Shown here piece by piece: positions 27,411 to 43,792 of a stretch of DNA of 64,000 bases. This stretch comes from the human T2T-CHM13v2.0 reference genome, Homo sapiens. The position numbers and the translations under genes were made by a program. The first letter of the stretch is position 1, and every line of letters begins with the position of its first letter. A model generated the notes under the pieces. That model was not told the DNA's origin. It saw nothing but the letters and a program-made list of their open reading frames with translations, and ran no database searches. The stretch lies in assembly GCF_009914755.1 (NCBI RefSeq), contig NC_060925.1. One strand, written 5' to 3'.

Positions 27411-28446
27411 ATGTTTGAGGAATCAGGAGGACATAGATAATTTTAAAAAGTATCTGGAAAGTGAAAGCGTTGGGCCTTTGAATCTAAGGAAAGAAAGGAT
27501 TGGGGACAAGGAGACTTTGGTATGGAGACAAACTTTTCTCCCTCCCACTCAAGAAGATTTCATCACCAAGGGACATTTTTGTGTTCAGATTTCTATAGCA
27601 CTTCCAATGTTTATAACCAGAGTATTCTTTCCTTCCTTCCTTTCTCCTAAAATCCATATGTTATTTCTGGAAGCAAATTCCCCTGTTCACTCAATTGTAT
27701 AAGAGGCACCTGTGATGGTACTACCTTTCAGAGTGACTTTGTGCTAGTTATTATTATCTACCCCAATTTCCTCATCTACAAAATGAGGATAATAATAATG
27801 TCTACTTTAGGATTGTTGTAACAATTAAATGAGTTTATATATGGTAAGCATTTAATATTTGGCACATGGTACCCACTCATAAATATTAGTGATGACGATG
27901 ATGTCTCTTCTGACCTAAAAAAACTGCTAGTCCCATCTCTTTTTGCCAAATAAGTTTTCCCACCTTTGGTAATGTGGTATTTGTAAGCTGGAGCTCTCCC
28001 CAGAAAAGAGGTTTGAATTATTCTAGTAACCCTGTAAGGTAGCTGATGGCATTTCTATTTTACAGATAAGAAAAGAAGCTTGGAAATAGTGCTTCCAGTA
28101 TATCATATTGCTTCCTAGTAGAAAACTGTTACCTCCATAGGTGCAAGATGTTATCTGTTATTCCACTCGTTTTATTCCATAATCTAACCATTAGATCATA
28201 TATTTTTGGTAAAATTCAAGATCAGTGATAACGATGTTGATAACAATTGATTGTGTCTGCTTGGTTATGCCATAGACACATTTTCTTTGCCAAAGCTGCT
28301 TCTGTCTCTAAGAAAGACACTGCCATCTACTCCCATCCAAGCTGGAAACACAAGTGTCATCCTTTAGTCTTCCTGTTGCTTCCATATCTATTTGGTTTAA
28401 TTAATCCATTTATTCTGTTGCCACTACTTTAGTTCTTGCCCGCATC

Positions 28447-28771
<325 letters not shown>

Positions 28772-29035
28772 TAGTTCATAGGGTACCTATCTGTTGGGCC
28801 TGTCATTGCAGCCTTACTCCCTTCAGTCTTCTAGGCAATTGCTTCTTTAACCATCAATGTTGAAGGACCATTCTGAGTTTTGTTTTTTAATCTCCAATCT
28901 GTAATAGACAGGTGTTTTTTTTAAAAAAAATCAATGAAAAAGAGTAACTGGAAACATGACCACATTGTTGGACATCATGGTAATATCAAATTACTATAAA
29001 TGTTTATAAATACTTACTCTCAATTTGTGAATTCG

Positions 29036-31441
<2,406 letters not shown>

Positions 31442-31784
31442 ACTGAATCTCCTTGTAAACTGGCAACAGTCTGCATACCCAACCTGTGTGATCTGACCAC
31501 TGCTTGCCTCTCAGGCTCACATCTTGTCATTCCCTAGACGACTAGGGTCATAGCATTCTGAACTAGTTTCTGGAATACAGTCTGCTCTCTGTCTTTCTAG
31601 TCGTGCTTATGGTACTCTATTGGCATACTCTTTTTATTCTTTACTTTCTCTTAACCAGCTTTTCTCTATCCTTTAGGTTTCAACTTAAATGTCTCCTCCA
31701 CTTTGTCTTTTACAAATTTTCCTATCTCTGCAATATAGATAAATAATAAAGGATCATATATTTTACTTATTATTTTAAAACTTT

Positions 31785-31953
31785 TTTTTCTTATTTTTTT
31801 TTTTTTGAGACAGGGTCTTGGTATGTTGCCCATGCTGGTGTGCAGTGTGGCATGATCATAGCTCACTGTAACCTCCAATTCCCATGCTCAAGCAATCCTC
31901 CTGCCTCAGCCTTTTAATAATTGGGACCATAGGTGCACACCACCATGCCTGGT
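31785..31953 (-). mobile_element. Alu right monomer (FRAM-like)
   Basis: Single monomer with poly-T. Confidence 0.8.
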
Positions 31954-32875
31954 TAAAGAGTCCTTTATTTAATACAGTTAGTAATATAGGTCTGTTGGTT
32001 AAAGATGGGACAATTCTTCTTTGGCTTAACTCAGAATTTGCTATTTAATATAAGAAATTGCTGTTTTCCGCTCATGAAATTAAGTATTTCTGTAAAGGTG
32101 ACCCATGGAGGTGGATTTTCTAGTCAGGTAGTTGTATACATGTGGTCTTGGTTAAACTATTAAGTTATCAAAAACTTTTATATGATAGTACTGAGAAACT
32201 ATAAAGGCAGAGTCTTCAGACCTATGAGGAATCAGTGTGTAAATTACAGATATATTTAAAGAGTACTGACTTGTTTTATCAGGAAACTGAATCAGGCACT
32301 TATCTTTGAATTTTAACTGGATTATAAAAATTGATAGGGATGTGCCCTATATCGACATTTGAAAAACTTCCTTTAGTAAGACGCTACTTGAGTTTCATAG
32401 AAAACCCAGATATAACCCATATGTTGTTTGAATTTTATTTTTCTGGCTTTAATTTCTTTTCACATATTGTATAAGAAAAGTAGAAGAGTGTGCTTTCATG
32501 AGAACAAAACTCAAAACTCAAGTATTGTTTGTTAGACTGCAGAAGTTTCCTAAGTTCCATGGGGACAGAGACCTTGTTACTGTGAGGACAGCTATATCTC
32601 AGTTTGACATAGAGCCTGATTCATGGTGTAGTACTTGATATCCATTTATTCACTGAATAAATTGGAAATTTCTCTTAACATGATTTTTTTAATACTCTTT
32701 TCTCATATACTAGATTATCATGGAGGTGAAATTAGCAGTTATATATATCAACTTGAATAATAGCAAAATGACTAAGATTGAATTTTTGGTGAATTGCAGT
32801 ACTGTCAGTACGATTTGAAATTTGATCATAATAAAATTGAAGGGGATCACGAATTAGAGATATACAGCCGGTGAA

Positions 32876-33697
32876 TGTGGAAAAAACACCACTCAGTGTG
32901 CTTTTCTCTATTTTCTCACTCAGCCACTCAACAGCAACAATCATCACAGAAGACTTCTGTGATTAAATGTGTATGGATTCATTCTCACACCCTAAGCAAG
33001 TAATCAATTCTGCAGTGGATACCACCTGTTTGCTCTCCAATTCATTTCAACATTATCTACCTGGAGGTAGTGTCAGACCCCACAGACTGAGGGCTCAGCT
33101 TCATAAGACTGCCCAAACCCTTCAGATACCAGTCCTAAATCCAGACCTCTGGAACTTCTGACCAACTGACTTAAAATTGGGGTTCCCATAATCTTCCCTT
33201 TGGGTTCGATTAATTTTCTAGAGCAACTCACAGAACTCAGGGAGACACTTAAGTTTATGGGTTTATTATAAAGCATATTACAGAGGATACAGATGAACAG
33301 ATGCATAGGGTGAAGTATAGGGTGAAGGTGTGTGGAGCTTCCATGCCCTCCCTGGGTGTGCCGTCCTGCAGGAACCTCCAGGAGTTCGGCTATCCAGAAG
33401 CTCTCTGAACCCTGTTTTTTTTTTAATGTTTTATGGAGACTTCATTACATAAGCATGGTTGATTAAATCATCGAGGTGACTCATTTAACTTTCAGCTTCC
33501 CTCCCTTCCCAGAGGTTGGGGAATGGAGCTGAAAGTCCCAAACTTCTATTCCTGTCTTGGTGCATCTGGTGACCAGCCCTGATCCTGAAGCTGCCTTGGG
33601 GCTACCAGCCCTCAATCATTAGCATACAAGAAGATACTCCTTTGGAGATTCCAAGGATTTTAGGAGTTGACCAAATAGATATTTCACAGTATCACAG
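32876..33697 (-). mobile_element. MER21-family LTR
   Basis: tgtgg...gtatcaca termini; 'cagaccccacagactgagggctcag', 'gagcaactcacagaactcagggagacac'. Confidence 0.75.
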
Positions 33698-33737
33698 AAG
33701 GTAAAGTGCTACAGTCTGCATTTTAAGTAATATATAA

Positions 33738-34122
33738 ATGACAAGTGTTATAGAGGGGAAGGTGATGGCCCTACCTGAGTTATCCCTGAACTACTCAAAT
33801 TTATTGACTTGATACCTTGTTGGAAGTTTAGATACAATATATACTCGGTTCTTAAGCTTGTAGTCTTAAAACAATAAAAACCCCAAAACAGAAAAACAGT
33901 CTTCCTAGTCAGTAAATCACCTCAGGTGAAAAAATAACAGTGGTTGATGATATCAAGTATGATAAAGGGTAAGATGATAGCCCCTACCTCTGAGTTATCC
34001 TTGAGCTACTCAGATTTATGGAAGTTAAGATGCAACTCTAACTAGGTTCTTAAGATTGTAGTCTTGGGACAGGGTGCGGGGGAAGCGTCTGTTGTCTGTA
34101 AATCAACCCAGGTTAAAAAAAA
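33738..34122 (+). repeat. Diverged tandem duplication, about 200 bp unit
   Basis: gatggccctacctgagttatccctgaactactca... vs gatagcccctacctctgagttatccttgagctactca... Confidence 0.85.
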
Positions 34123-35137
34123 GAAGCCTTGATTGTTACTCGGGGCTGTGATCTGATTGACTCCTCCCTCATAGAATGTGCCCATATGACTATAAAACAA
34201 TAAGGAATATCATTTCAGGTTTTCCAGGCAGCTAAAAAGCCTGAATTGTTCTTGTTATGTATGTGAAAAATGGCCATCTACTTATAACAAAAGACTTGAT
34301 AACAATTCAGGTTAGAAGGTCCTAGGAGATATCCCTTCATTTTTGATAAACTACAATGCTGTATTTAAGATATAATAACCTAGCGGATAAATGTGCTTTT
34401 CATCAAACTGTAGCTTATAGCCTCCTTTATCATTTAAGTTACTTGAAATAGCAAAGGAACATGCCTAAGAAATGAAGTATATCATAGTCCTACTTGAGTG
34501 GTTTAGCAATTTATAAGACAGGCTCAGGAAACAGACTACTTCCAGAGTCTATCTGTTTTGGCTTGCCCAATAGCACATGTAATCACATCTGAAAGTGTTT
34601 TCCCATGGTACCACTATCATTTTATTTTTGGTTATTTTTATGGAAACCTGGGATGACTTCATTTTTTCAAAGGTAACTTTTTTTTTTTGAAGTTTTAAAG
34701 CATCAATTTTGAATATTCTAAATTTAGTAATTGGCAGGAAAGACCATGTGGCATGAGCAGAACAGATGATTTACAGCTGAATGGGGAGCAGTAGTTTTAG
34801 AGAGCCTTGAATAACTAGGGGGATATGTATACTTAGGTAAAATCAGAATGAGGATGGTGAGCAGACTGTTCAGCTTAACTGAGGCTTAGATAGAAATTTT
34901 TTAAATTCAAGCTTTATTAAACTATGTTTTAAAATATTTAATGAGTAGTTACATTAGTTCAGTACACATTAGTCCAAATTGAATCTCTGATACAAAACTT
35001 TGTAGTGTCTCACAAGTTGACAGCCCCGTTAGCTTTGCCTTTTTGACTTTGAGCATGTTTTTAACTTTTCTAAGCTTCAGAATCATCACCTGTGTAAATA
35101 CAATAATAAAAGCAACTCATAGAAATGTTGTGAAATG

Positions 35138-35432
35138 AGCTGGGTGTGGTGGCTTACTCCTGAATTCCAGCACTTTGGAAGGCTGAGGTGGGTTGATCAT
35201 TTGAGCCCAGGAGTTCAAGACCAGCCTGGACAACATAGTGAGACTTCATCTCTACAAAAAATTAGCTCAGCGTGGTGGTGTGTGCCTATAGTCCCAGCTA
35301 CTTGGGAGGCTGAAAGGAGAGGATTGTGTGAGCCTGGGAGATAGGCTGCAGTGAGCTAAGATTCTGTCACTATACTCCAGCCTGGGCGCCAGAGTGAGAC
35401 CTTGTCTCAAAAAAAAAAAAAGGAAAAGAAAA
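35138..35432 (+). mobile_element. Alu (J-like)
   Basis: TSD tgttgtgaaatga. Confidence 0.88.
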
Positions 35433-35759
35433 TAAGTGTTGTGAAATGATAATACATAAAAAGTGCTTTATAAATAGTGCCTACATCTAACTACATGTTA
35501 GCTAGTTAGTATTATCATTATTTTACAGTACTTTGGAAAGGTTGTAGCACAGAGACATTGGCCACTCTTGAAATAAGCAAAAGGTGGCCTGCATGTGATG
35601 ATTCCCTGGCATACGAGTTATAAACTATAACAAGACTTAGGCAGCACTTTTATAATTGAAGTCACACTTATTTTCCCTCTATTTCTTGACATCAATTTTT
35701 AAGCTCTCTTCTCTGTTCCCCAGGTCCTCAGGATCTCTGTCTGTCCTCTGATTACTGAT

Positions 35760-36365
35760 TATCATTTATTTAGTGCCTACTATTGTGCCAGGTCTGTGCT
35801 AAGCGCTTTTCATGTGTTATCATATTTAATCATCATAGCAACCCAGTGAAGTAGTTACTGTTTTTATCCCTGTTTTACTGATAAAGAAACTGAGACACAG
35901 AAGGGTTAGGTAACTTACCCAAAACTAGGCTATTAGAAAGTACTGGAATAAGAACATAACACCCCAAGTCTAATTCAGTAATCTGAGCTCTTAACCCCTA
36001 TGCTATAACTCTCTAGTCATCTAAAGCTTCTCATTTAACACCTCACATGAATTCAAGATTCCCAGTACCAGAGGCATTCCTTCCTTGTTTCTTTCTCCTT
36101 CTCTACCACAGCCACATAAAAATTCTCATTGTATGTGTCTGTGAGTGTATTTCTGCATGTGTGTGTGGTGTGTAATCAGCATTTAAGTGGTGCTTACTAA
36201 GGGGTAGGCACTCAAAGAACTTTACATATTTTAATTATGAAAACCCAATGAAGTACCATTTTATTCCTATTTTTACAGATGAAGAAACTAAGACAGAAGA
36301 CTTAATGTCAGAAAAGCCACTTAGATTAGTGTGTGGAGTTGAAATTGAATCCTGGTAGCCTTACT
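35760..36365 (-). mobile_element. Two MIR elements (35760-36005, 36175-36365)
   Basis: 'gataaagaaactgagacacagaagggttaggtaacttacccaa'; 'ttttacagatgaagaaactaag'. Confidence 0.75.
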
Positions 36366-37442
36366 TCATTGTCCCTTACTAACTGTCCTCAATCACGTTT
36401 TTACCGGGAGTTCTGTTTGACTTAGGGCAAATTTTAAAGGTGTGAAGGAAGTTAAAGGTTAACCAATAGGCTTACCACTTTCAGGTGGTATTTACATTTT
36501 AAAAGAAAAACTGTAATAGAGAATGTTTTTAAAAGTAAGGACTTAAGATAAGTGCTAAGAGAAAAAATTCCAGCTATTTGGCCTTTTATTGGAAGCACAC
36601 ACCTGGAGTATGAACTTTTAAACTACTTGGTTTTAATCTTGGAATTGATGTGTATTGCATTTCTTGGATCATAAATCATGCTTTTATGAAATCCCAAACT
36701 TACTTTCTTTATGCCCAATTTTTACCATCCAATTCTCAAATCTTTTGTTTCAGCCAGTCTCAACTTGGTGTCATTTTATAAATATTTCATCATCTTTAAC
36801 ATTCCTATCCCTTTGGACATGCTGATTTCTTCTGCCTGGAATGCCAATAATAATATGATTACAATAGTAATTTTGATTTTCATACAGAGCACTGACTCAA
36901 ATCTAGGATGTGTTTGGTTCTAGGTTCAGTGATCTTGCCGTCTGATCAACTGGCTTGGGTTATGGAATCTTACTTCCTTGGCTTCCTCCTTTCTTTTGTC
37001 ATTCAAATTCTTGCATTAAGAAACAACTTGAATATCATCTTTGTAAAACTTCCTCTAAGCCATCCCAGATATCTCTGGTCACCCTTTCCTCATTGTTTTT
37101 CTTTAAGAACACCTACAAATTCTATTACAATTTGGCTATGTAATTTATTCACCCTACTAAACTCCTGAGTTCTTCAAGGAGAGAAACCTAGATTTAGATT
37201 TTTCCTTTGTCCTTTCTTGGCCATCACTCATAAGTGCTCAGTGAATGTTGAGGGACTGTGAGCCTTCTTAAAACTTTATCCCAGGCTAAGGAAAATGGCT
37301 CACTTTCCTGCCAGCAGCTAACCATTCGTATCTGGGGTCAGGGAACAGATGGCAAGTTTGAAAGGGAGCTGGAGGTTTGGGGGAAAAGGCAGCAGGAGAT
37401 AAGAAATGCGTTATGACTACCTCAGTACGTCGGAGGTTTAGC

Positions 37443-37605
37443 CCTGCTCTGTTCAATATGGTAGCCTCTAGCCACATGTGATTTAAATTTAAGGTAATTA
37501 AAGAAAATAAAAATTCAGTTCTTCAGTTGTGCTAGCCACATTTGAAATACTCAATAGGCTCTTGTGGCTAGTGGCTACTGAGCAGCTTTAATAGAGAACA
37601 CTGCC
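37443..37605. mobile_element. MER3-like hAT-Charlie MITE
   Basis: ctgttcaatatggtagcctctagccacatgtg...tgtggctagtggctac. Confidence 0.7.
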
Positions 37606-40600
37606 ATGATTGGAACTTTTAGTCATTACTTCAATAAGCATCCTTTGTAGTCCTTTAAGTTCCAGATTTTTATAGTAGAATGCAAAATTAATGTTTAAGG
37701 CAACACACAGGACTTCAAAGGCATTTTTTACTTGTCTGGTGATTTCCGTCTATGCCCTTAGACACCTGGATATATCTGCTTCTGCTGTTATAAATCAGTG
37801 AGTGGAAAATTTTTTTAAAAACCTCATTTGATTAGGATATAATAATATTTTGAGCCAGTTCTATTTTCTGGTTTGCATAGTGATAATCTTTGATATCCTA
37901 GAAGTAAATCCTATTTTTTTAGTATGCTGGGAGACTTCATTACTTTGGCATTTTTAATTTGTTCATATTAAATGTCATCATTTTCATTGTCAGTGAATGC
38001 CTGATTAAAAACTTCTGAGATAGAGCTTCTTTAAGAAAATAATAAAATAAAACCATGACTTAAGGGAATTCTTCTGGATATTTTTTTAATTGGTGGGGTG
38101 AGTGCAGGTTGTATAAAATGGTGCTATAAACTTTTCATGGATTTATTGTGTGTTCATATTATGCATGTTGTGGTAGTCAAGCGGGGTAAGAAATGCACCA
38201 AAGAAAAATAGCCATGGTTTTGAAGTGGAGAATTGGTGTGGGTTACACCATCAGAAAGTGTTTCGGCTTGCTTTGGCTGCCTTTACAGTACCATTGAAAA
38301 ACATGAAATCTGTGGCAATTTGTGTGTGAATACATCAGGACAAAACACTAGATGTCAGTGTTGCAGTTCTGACATGTTACCAGGAGCTAGTCAAGATTTT
38401 TCTGCTTTTAATCACCAAGATATTTTTTTATTGACCCAAACTTTTAAGCCATCTTGCCTCCTTACATTTAGTTAAATACTTACTACAGGAAGCACTTTTT
38501 CTAAGAATTGTTTATTTTGTTATTAGTGTCTGTGTAATGCTACTGACTCTGAAGAGTAAAACATATACAGTATTAAAATAATACAGTTTTCAGCTAACTA
38601 TATTCTTCAAACTTTGTTTTCCAGTGTACTTTCCTGGGTACACTGGTCCTAGGAGATGCCTCTTGGGGAAACATTTTGTGGCCCTGGAATAAAATAATTC
38701 AGTCTTTTATTGAATTTGTTAATAGTGCTGCCAGCTTTTAATTTAGATACCTTTTTTTTTAGTGTTATGGGCAATAATAAGGTTCTTATATATTAACTAT
38801 ATTTGTATGTTAAAGCCTAGAGTCACAAATGTGTTCAGATTTCTTAAATTGACCCAGCGTATAAGATACAGAAAAAACTTCAAATTAAATGTTTTCATTA
38901 ATTTTTTTGTCTTTATTAAGAAATATGCAGCTCTATTAGCATGATAGAATTGCAAGTGATTTCTTGTCTTTATAACATTTTCTTTTATACTGTTGGCATT
39001 TCGTGTTTTAAGATCATGCTTTTAAAAAATGTGAAATGTTATTGTTCTTTGCTATGTAATGTTCAGTTAGTTTTTTGAAGATACTTTATTTTTACTCATG
39101 CTCGAGGTTCATTTTTATATAGGCATGTTTTTATTTCCTACTTTCTAATTTGTTATTAATTTTTACTTGAAACGTATTAATGTTTTACATCATTTTTTGT
39201 TTCATGAATTTTCAGCACTGAAAAAATAAAGGTATTACGCAAAAATAATGCCCAAATTGCAAGTATTGTAATCACTTGCTAAAAGTCAGGTCTTTTTATG
39301 GCTTAAAGTCAAGAGAGTAGAGGGGATCACTCAGAAGGTAATACCTGACTATACACTGTCTTCCATTTACTTTGGTCATAACAATAAGCTGATATAAAAA
39401 GGCTAAGAGGATGTTTAAAGGCAAATTATGAACATTTTGTTGAAATTATTTAAAGAAGAAACTGAGCCTCGGAGTTGAAGAATAGATAATTTTGAAGCAA
39501 CAACAAGACTCAATCAATAGACTTCTCAGAAGGTAGAAACAGCGGTTATGGTTCTGATGCTTGGCTTTGGTAAGGGTAAATGGACCCAGAGCAGCCTCAC
39601 TGAAATGCTGCAGTGCTTTTGGCATATGGATTGCTTTCTAATCCTCTGCATTTAAGTGAAGGTTCTGATCCGGGTGGGTGGAACAGAATTGAGTAAAGTA
39701 AGGAGCAGCAGGAAACCTGCTTATGCCTTGGCCTTTTTCTTCTAGTGTTAAATAGTATTTTATCTTAATGCAAGTATATCAATATTTAAAAAAATACTTA
39801 AACTACTAATATTGTTACATTTGTAGAGGTACTTTGATAGGAAAAGTTTCAGCTAATGGCATTTTCTGTAATAATCTTTTGAGATTCAACTAGTTTTGGA
39901 GTCATCCAAAGAAAGTGCAGTTGTTTACCCAAAGACATCACTGCTAAATGGCAGCTGTTTGTATATTACTGAGTTTTCTTTCTTGTTGACTTCTCAGCCT
40001 TCTTTGTTAGCTCTTCTTCTGCTAATTAAAAAACACTCCAAGTTACTAAGCTATTGGATGATTGTCTTCTTCCAAGTATTTCCTAATAAGTTCTGCAGGT
40101 TTCTGAAGAACAGAAGCTCTCCAGAGGGCTCTGGATCATAGAGATGCATGCATGCAATGCTGGGTGCTTGTGCTCTCCTTGTTAAAGTGCACTTAATTTA
40201 AGAAGGTGAAAAAGAGCTGCTCAGCAAGTTGATTTGCAAGACAAGCCGCCTTCTGGACTATTGTTTCTGCTAATCTTCCTCATCCATTTGAATTTTAAAT
40301 GATGAACTAGTTTGCTGGTAACCTGTAGGTGCTTTTTTTGGTGGTTCTCATGATAAAATTCAATGGTACACTTACACATTTGTATCTTCAATCAGAACTT
40401 GGTATTTTCATTCAGTCACTCAGTCCTACAATTGAATCTAGTATCTTGGGCACGTTGTTAGATAATTTTTTTTTCCAAAAATGTTAAAATGCCCAATTTT
40501 CTAATGTTATATGCAAATTCTTTTACATGAGGCTGATTTTTAGTTTTAGGCTTTTTTTCTGCATACAAATTCAGAATTTTAAATATCTGGGACAAATCCC

Positions 40601-41058
40601 TTAGAAGATTTATTCTGATAATACTGTACCTTTTTCTTATTAAAGTTTTCTGTTATTTGTTTTAATAACCTTCATTAGCCCCTTCCATTAGTTTAGTGAC
40701 ACAATTAAGGTTTGTGTACTTGAATATACCTTGCACCAACTCCATGCCAACATCTGTCACCATTTTGACAATAAGGACGTGGCAGAGGCTGTTGGATTTG
40801 TTTCTGCTGCCTGGGTCCTGGGTTTGGAAGCTGCTGTGACATCCCCTGTATATGTGGCTGGGCGAGGTCTCTGGGAGCTGATGGCAATGGGATAGATGGT
40901 CCTATTGCTCTTCATCATTACTGTAGCTGTGGGACTCAGAAAAGTACCCCCCTTGCAAAAATGGGGACAGGCAGAGCTCCAGGAAGGGTTCGGGGGGCCT
41001 TGGCAGCCTCTGCCTAGGATATTAAAGTTTAATTTGCCTTTACTCTTTGGTTCTATAG

Positions 41059-41324
41059 GAAGCTGTGGATCGGAAAAGGACCACTTTTATTCTGATGATG
41101 ACGCAATAGAAGCTGACAGTGAGGGTGATGCTGAGCCCTGTGACAAAGAAAATGAAAATGATGGAGAATCAAGTGTTGGGACTAATATGGGCTGGGCAGA
41201 TGCTATGGCTAAAGTCCTCAACAAGAAAACTCCTGAAAGTAAACCTACTATTCTGGTCAAAAATAAGAAGCTGGAAAAGGAAAAAGAAAAGTTAAAGCAA
41301 GAAAGACTAGAGAAAATAAAACAG
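41059..41324 (+). CDS. RRP15: RRP15 coding exon 2 ([10 protein letters not shown]...RLEKIKQ), 266 nt
   Basis: Acceptor tttggttctatag|GA; donor ACAG|GTATGT. Frame continues from exon 1 (139+266=405). Acidic tract followed by the WADAMAKVL motif. Confidence 0.96.
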
Positions 41325-43792
41325 GTATGTTCCACCAGTTCTCTTGTAGATTAGATTGTTTGTCTAGGCTAGCTCTTATCTTGACCGAACTGTTTCTTGC
41401 AGTGTTTGACCAATTAACGTTCCAGTTTTTAACTTGTTTTTTATGTGAAGGTGGATAACTAAGGTTATGTTTAGGAATTTAGTCTAAATTATTCCATTGA
41501 GCATGTTCACTTTTTAATCATCTATGCAAAGGCAAAGTAATAGAAATGTAAACGCTGAGGAAACATCTTTTTAAAATCAAGTAATTATACACATGGTAGT
41601 GATTCCTGAGCCTATTTTATTTGTTTTAGCTGTCTGTTTGCTGACTTTATTAGGTTGTGAACTAAGAAGCATGTTAGTTACTTTTTTTTTTTGCCAAAAC
41701 TTATTTTACAATAGGAATCTGTGACAATGTCGTAACTCAAGGATTGGTTGTAGTTCTGAAAACGGATTATTTCAGTGTTAGATACAAATCAGTGTTGGAT
41801 AAATTTGAATTCATTATGCTTTTGTTGAACTACTGATGATAGTTGTTAGACTAGGTATAATCTATTAATTAAAGGCCAAAAGTTGTACATAAATTTGTGG
41901 TTTATTATAAAAGCTAAAAATCCATGATAAGGCTTTCATATCACCTGTACTTGATGATCTCTGTCTAAAATACTTGGTTACTAAATTAAGCATGTTTTTT
42001 AATTAAAGAAAAATAACTTTCTACAAATGTACTGGCAGCATAGAAGTACTAATTCCCAAAGTCACTTCATAGGTAAAAATGAAAGAAACATAGGTTTGAA
42101 CTGACATATATTTCCTTTTATGTTTACCATCTCCTTTTCTTGTTTCAAGATGAATGTTTTCTTTGTTCTTAATACTGGTTGCTCTGTGTGAAAGGTGGAA
42201 ATTTTTAAGTATTGCTCTTAGAAACACAGCATACTCTATTATTAATTCAATATTCTTATTGTACTTTATTTAAGGTAAGTTTTGTCTTTAAATCTTATGG
42301 ATAGCTTTTCAACTGAAAATTTGAATCTTTGTTTATTATCTGGCAAATGCTAGAAGAGGCTTCAAAAATATCAGAATCTTTGATTTCCTCTGGTCTCAGA
42401 GTTCTAGTGAGGGTAAGAACATTTTGAAGCCAAGAGGAATGAGTCTGTAACTCTGCTCTAGGCCAAAGCTTTGAGTGCTAGAGATGATACTGTCTCCATA
42501 ATGCATGAAAGCACATGTATTGATACCAGAAGCAAGACATGGCAGCTACAAATGCTCTTTGTGTGTATTTCTTAGAAGAGAATATGTAAATTATTATTTC
42601 CTAATTTAACTATTATGGTTTTCCAATATATCAGCTACTTATTTCTAATCATAAATACAAAAACAAATTTCAGAGTTAAGAATGTTTCAGGATTAAGCAT
42701 ACATATTATCCTTTGAGTACGGAATATAATTAAGAATTGACTGTTTCAAACTTAAAAGTAAGATTTTAAAAAAAAATTCCTGTCATAATCTGACAGTGAA
42801 TTTCATGACCACTAAAATGAATTGTCTGGTTAGGAGAATAATCTATTACTTTAGAAAGCTATCAGGCTAATCTTTATAGTGAGCGCAAGAATTTGGTTTT
42901 ACTGTGATTCGACACTTTCATTAATACAAAATGAGAAATAGAAGAGTAAAGGCATAGATAAAAAAAGAAATTTTAATAAAAACGTTGTCTTTATTACTGG
43001 TTTTGATGCTTGCCAGCATTCATTGATTAATGCATTATATCATTATATTTGATATTTGGTTAAATGTTGGCCTGAGAAGGAGACATGAACATGCAATGTA
43101 TCAAATCAGATTCCTGGGACCAGGATACTATTTAAAGACAAGTTCAAACTAAATTATGTTACCTAGGGAATTTTCTTATTTCCCACCTCCCCTTCTGCTT
43201 CTGTACAGTTTGCTGTAGCTTACAACTGATAAACCATATATGGCAAGACTATTGGTCAGATATGCTACGAGAGGAGAAATGGATTTAAATGATTCTCTGC
43301 ATAGAAAAATAGTCATTGTATAAGTATCTGGATACGATGCTGTTCTTTTAAAAGCTGATACATTTTCTTAATAGTAATTCTGATGACTGAGGAAGTCATT
43401 TTCTGAAAGTAAAGATAAACTTATAATTTTCAAAGAGGGTAGTTTGGAATTCTTCCTTATGCTTCCCTCTGATGATCTGGTGATGGCAGAGCAGGCATGT
43501 GGCTCCCTCACACCCTATCTTGTACTGCCTGGCCGAATATGCTGGCAGCTCTCCAGGCCCCTGCTGTCAGAGGGCCTGACAGAAACTCACTTTGTGCCTC
43601 TCGCATGACACGCTGAGTGCTAACCACAGGCTCTCGAAGCTAAACCCCTAACATTGTGTTTTTTTAAAAGCCCCTGACAAACTAAGCCAGAATGATTTAT
43701 TACCTTCACCCTTTCACAGAGTATCATACCAATGTTTGCTGCACTTTCAGAAATATCTAATATTCTTTCACATAACAATATTTATAACGCAG

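Noticed and set aside
41087-41335. 82-aa antisense ORF over exon 2, and similar antisense ORFs over exon 1
   Set aside because: Shadow frames of the purine-rich coding strand with no independent signals.
41325-43792. Possible U12-type intron, given the missing polypyrimidine tract before exon 3
   Set aside because: The donor is GTATGT, not GTATCCTT, and there is no TCCTTAAC branch site near the acceptor.
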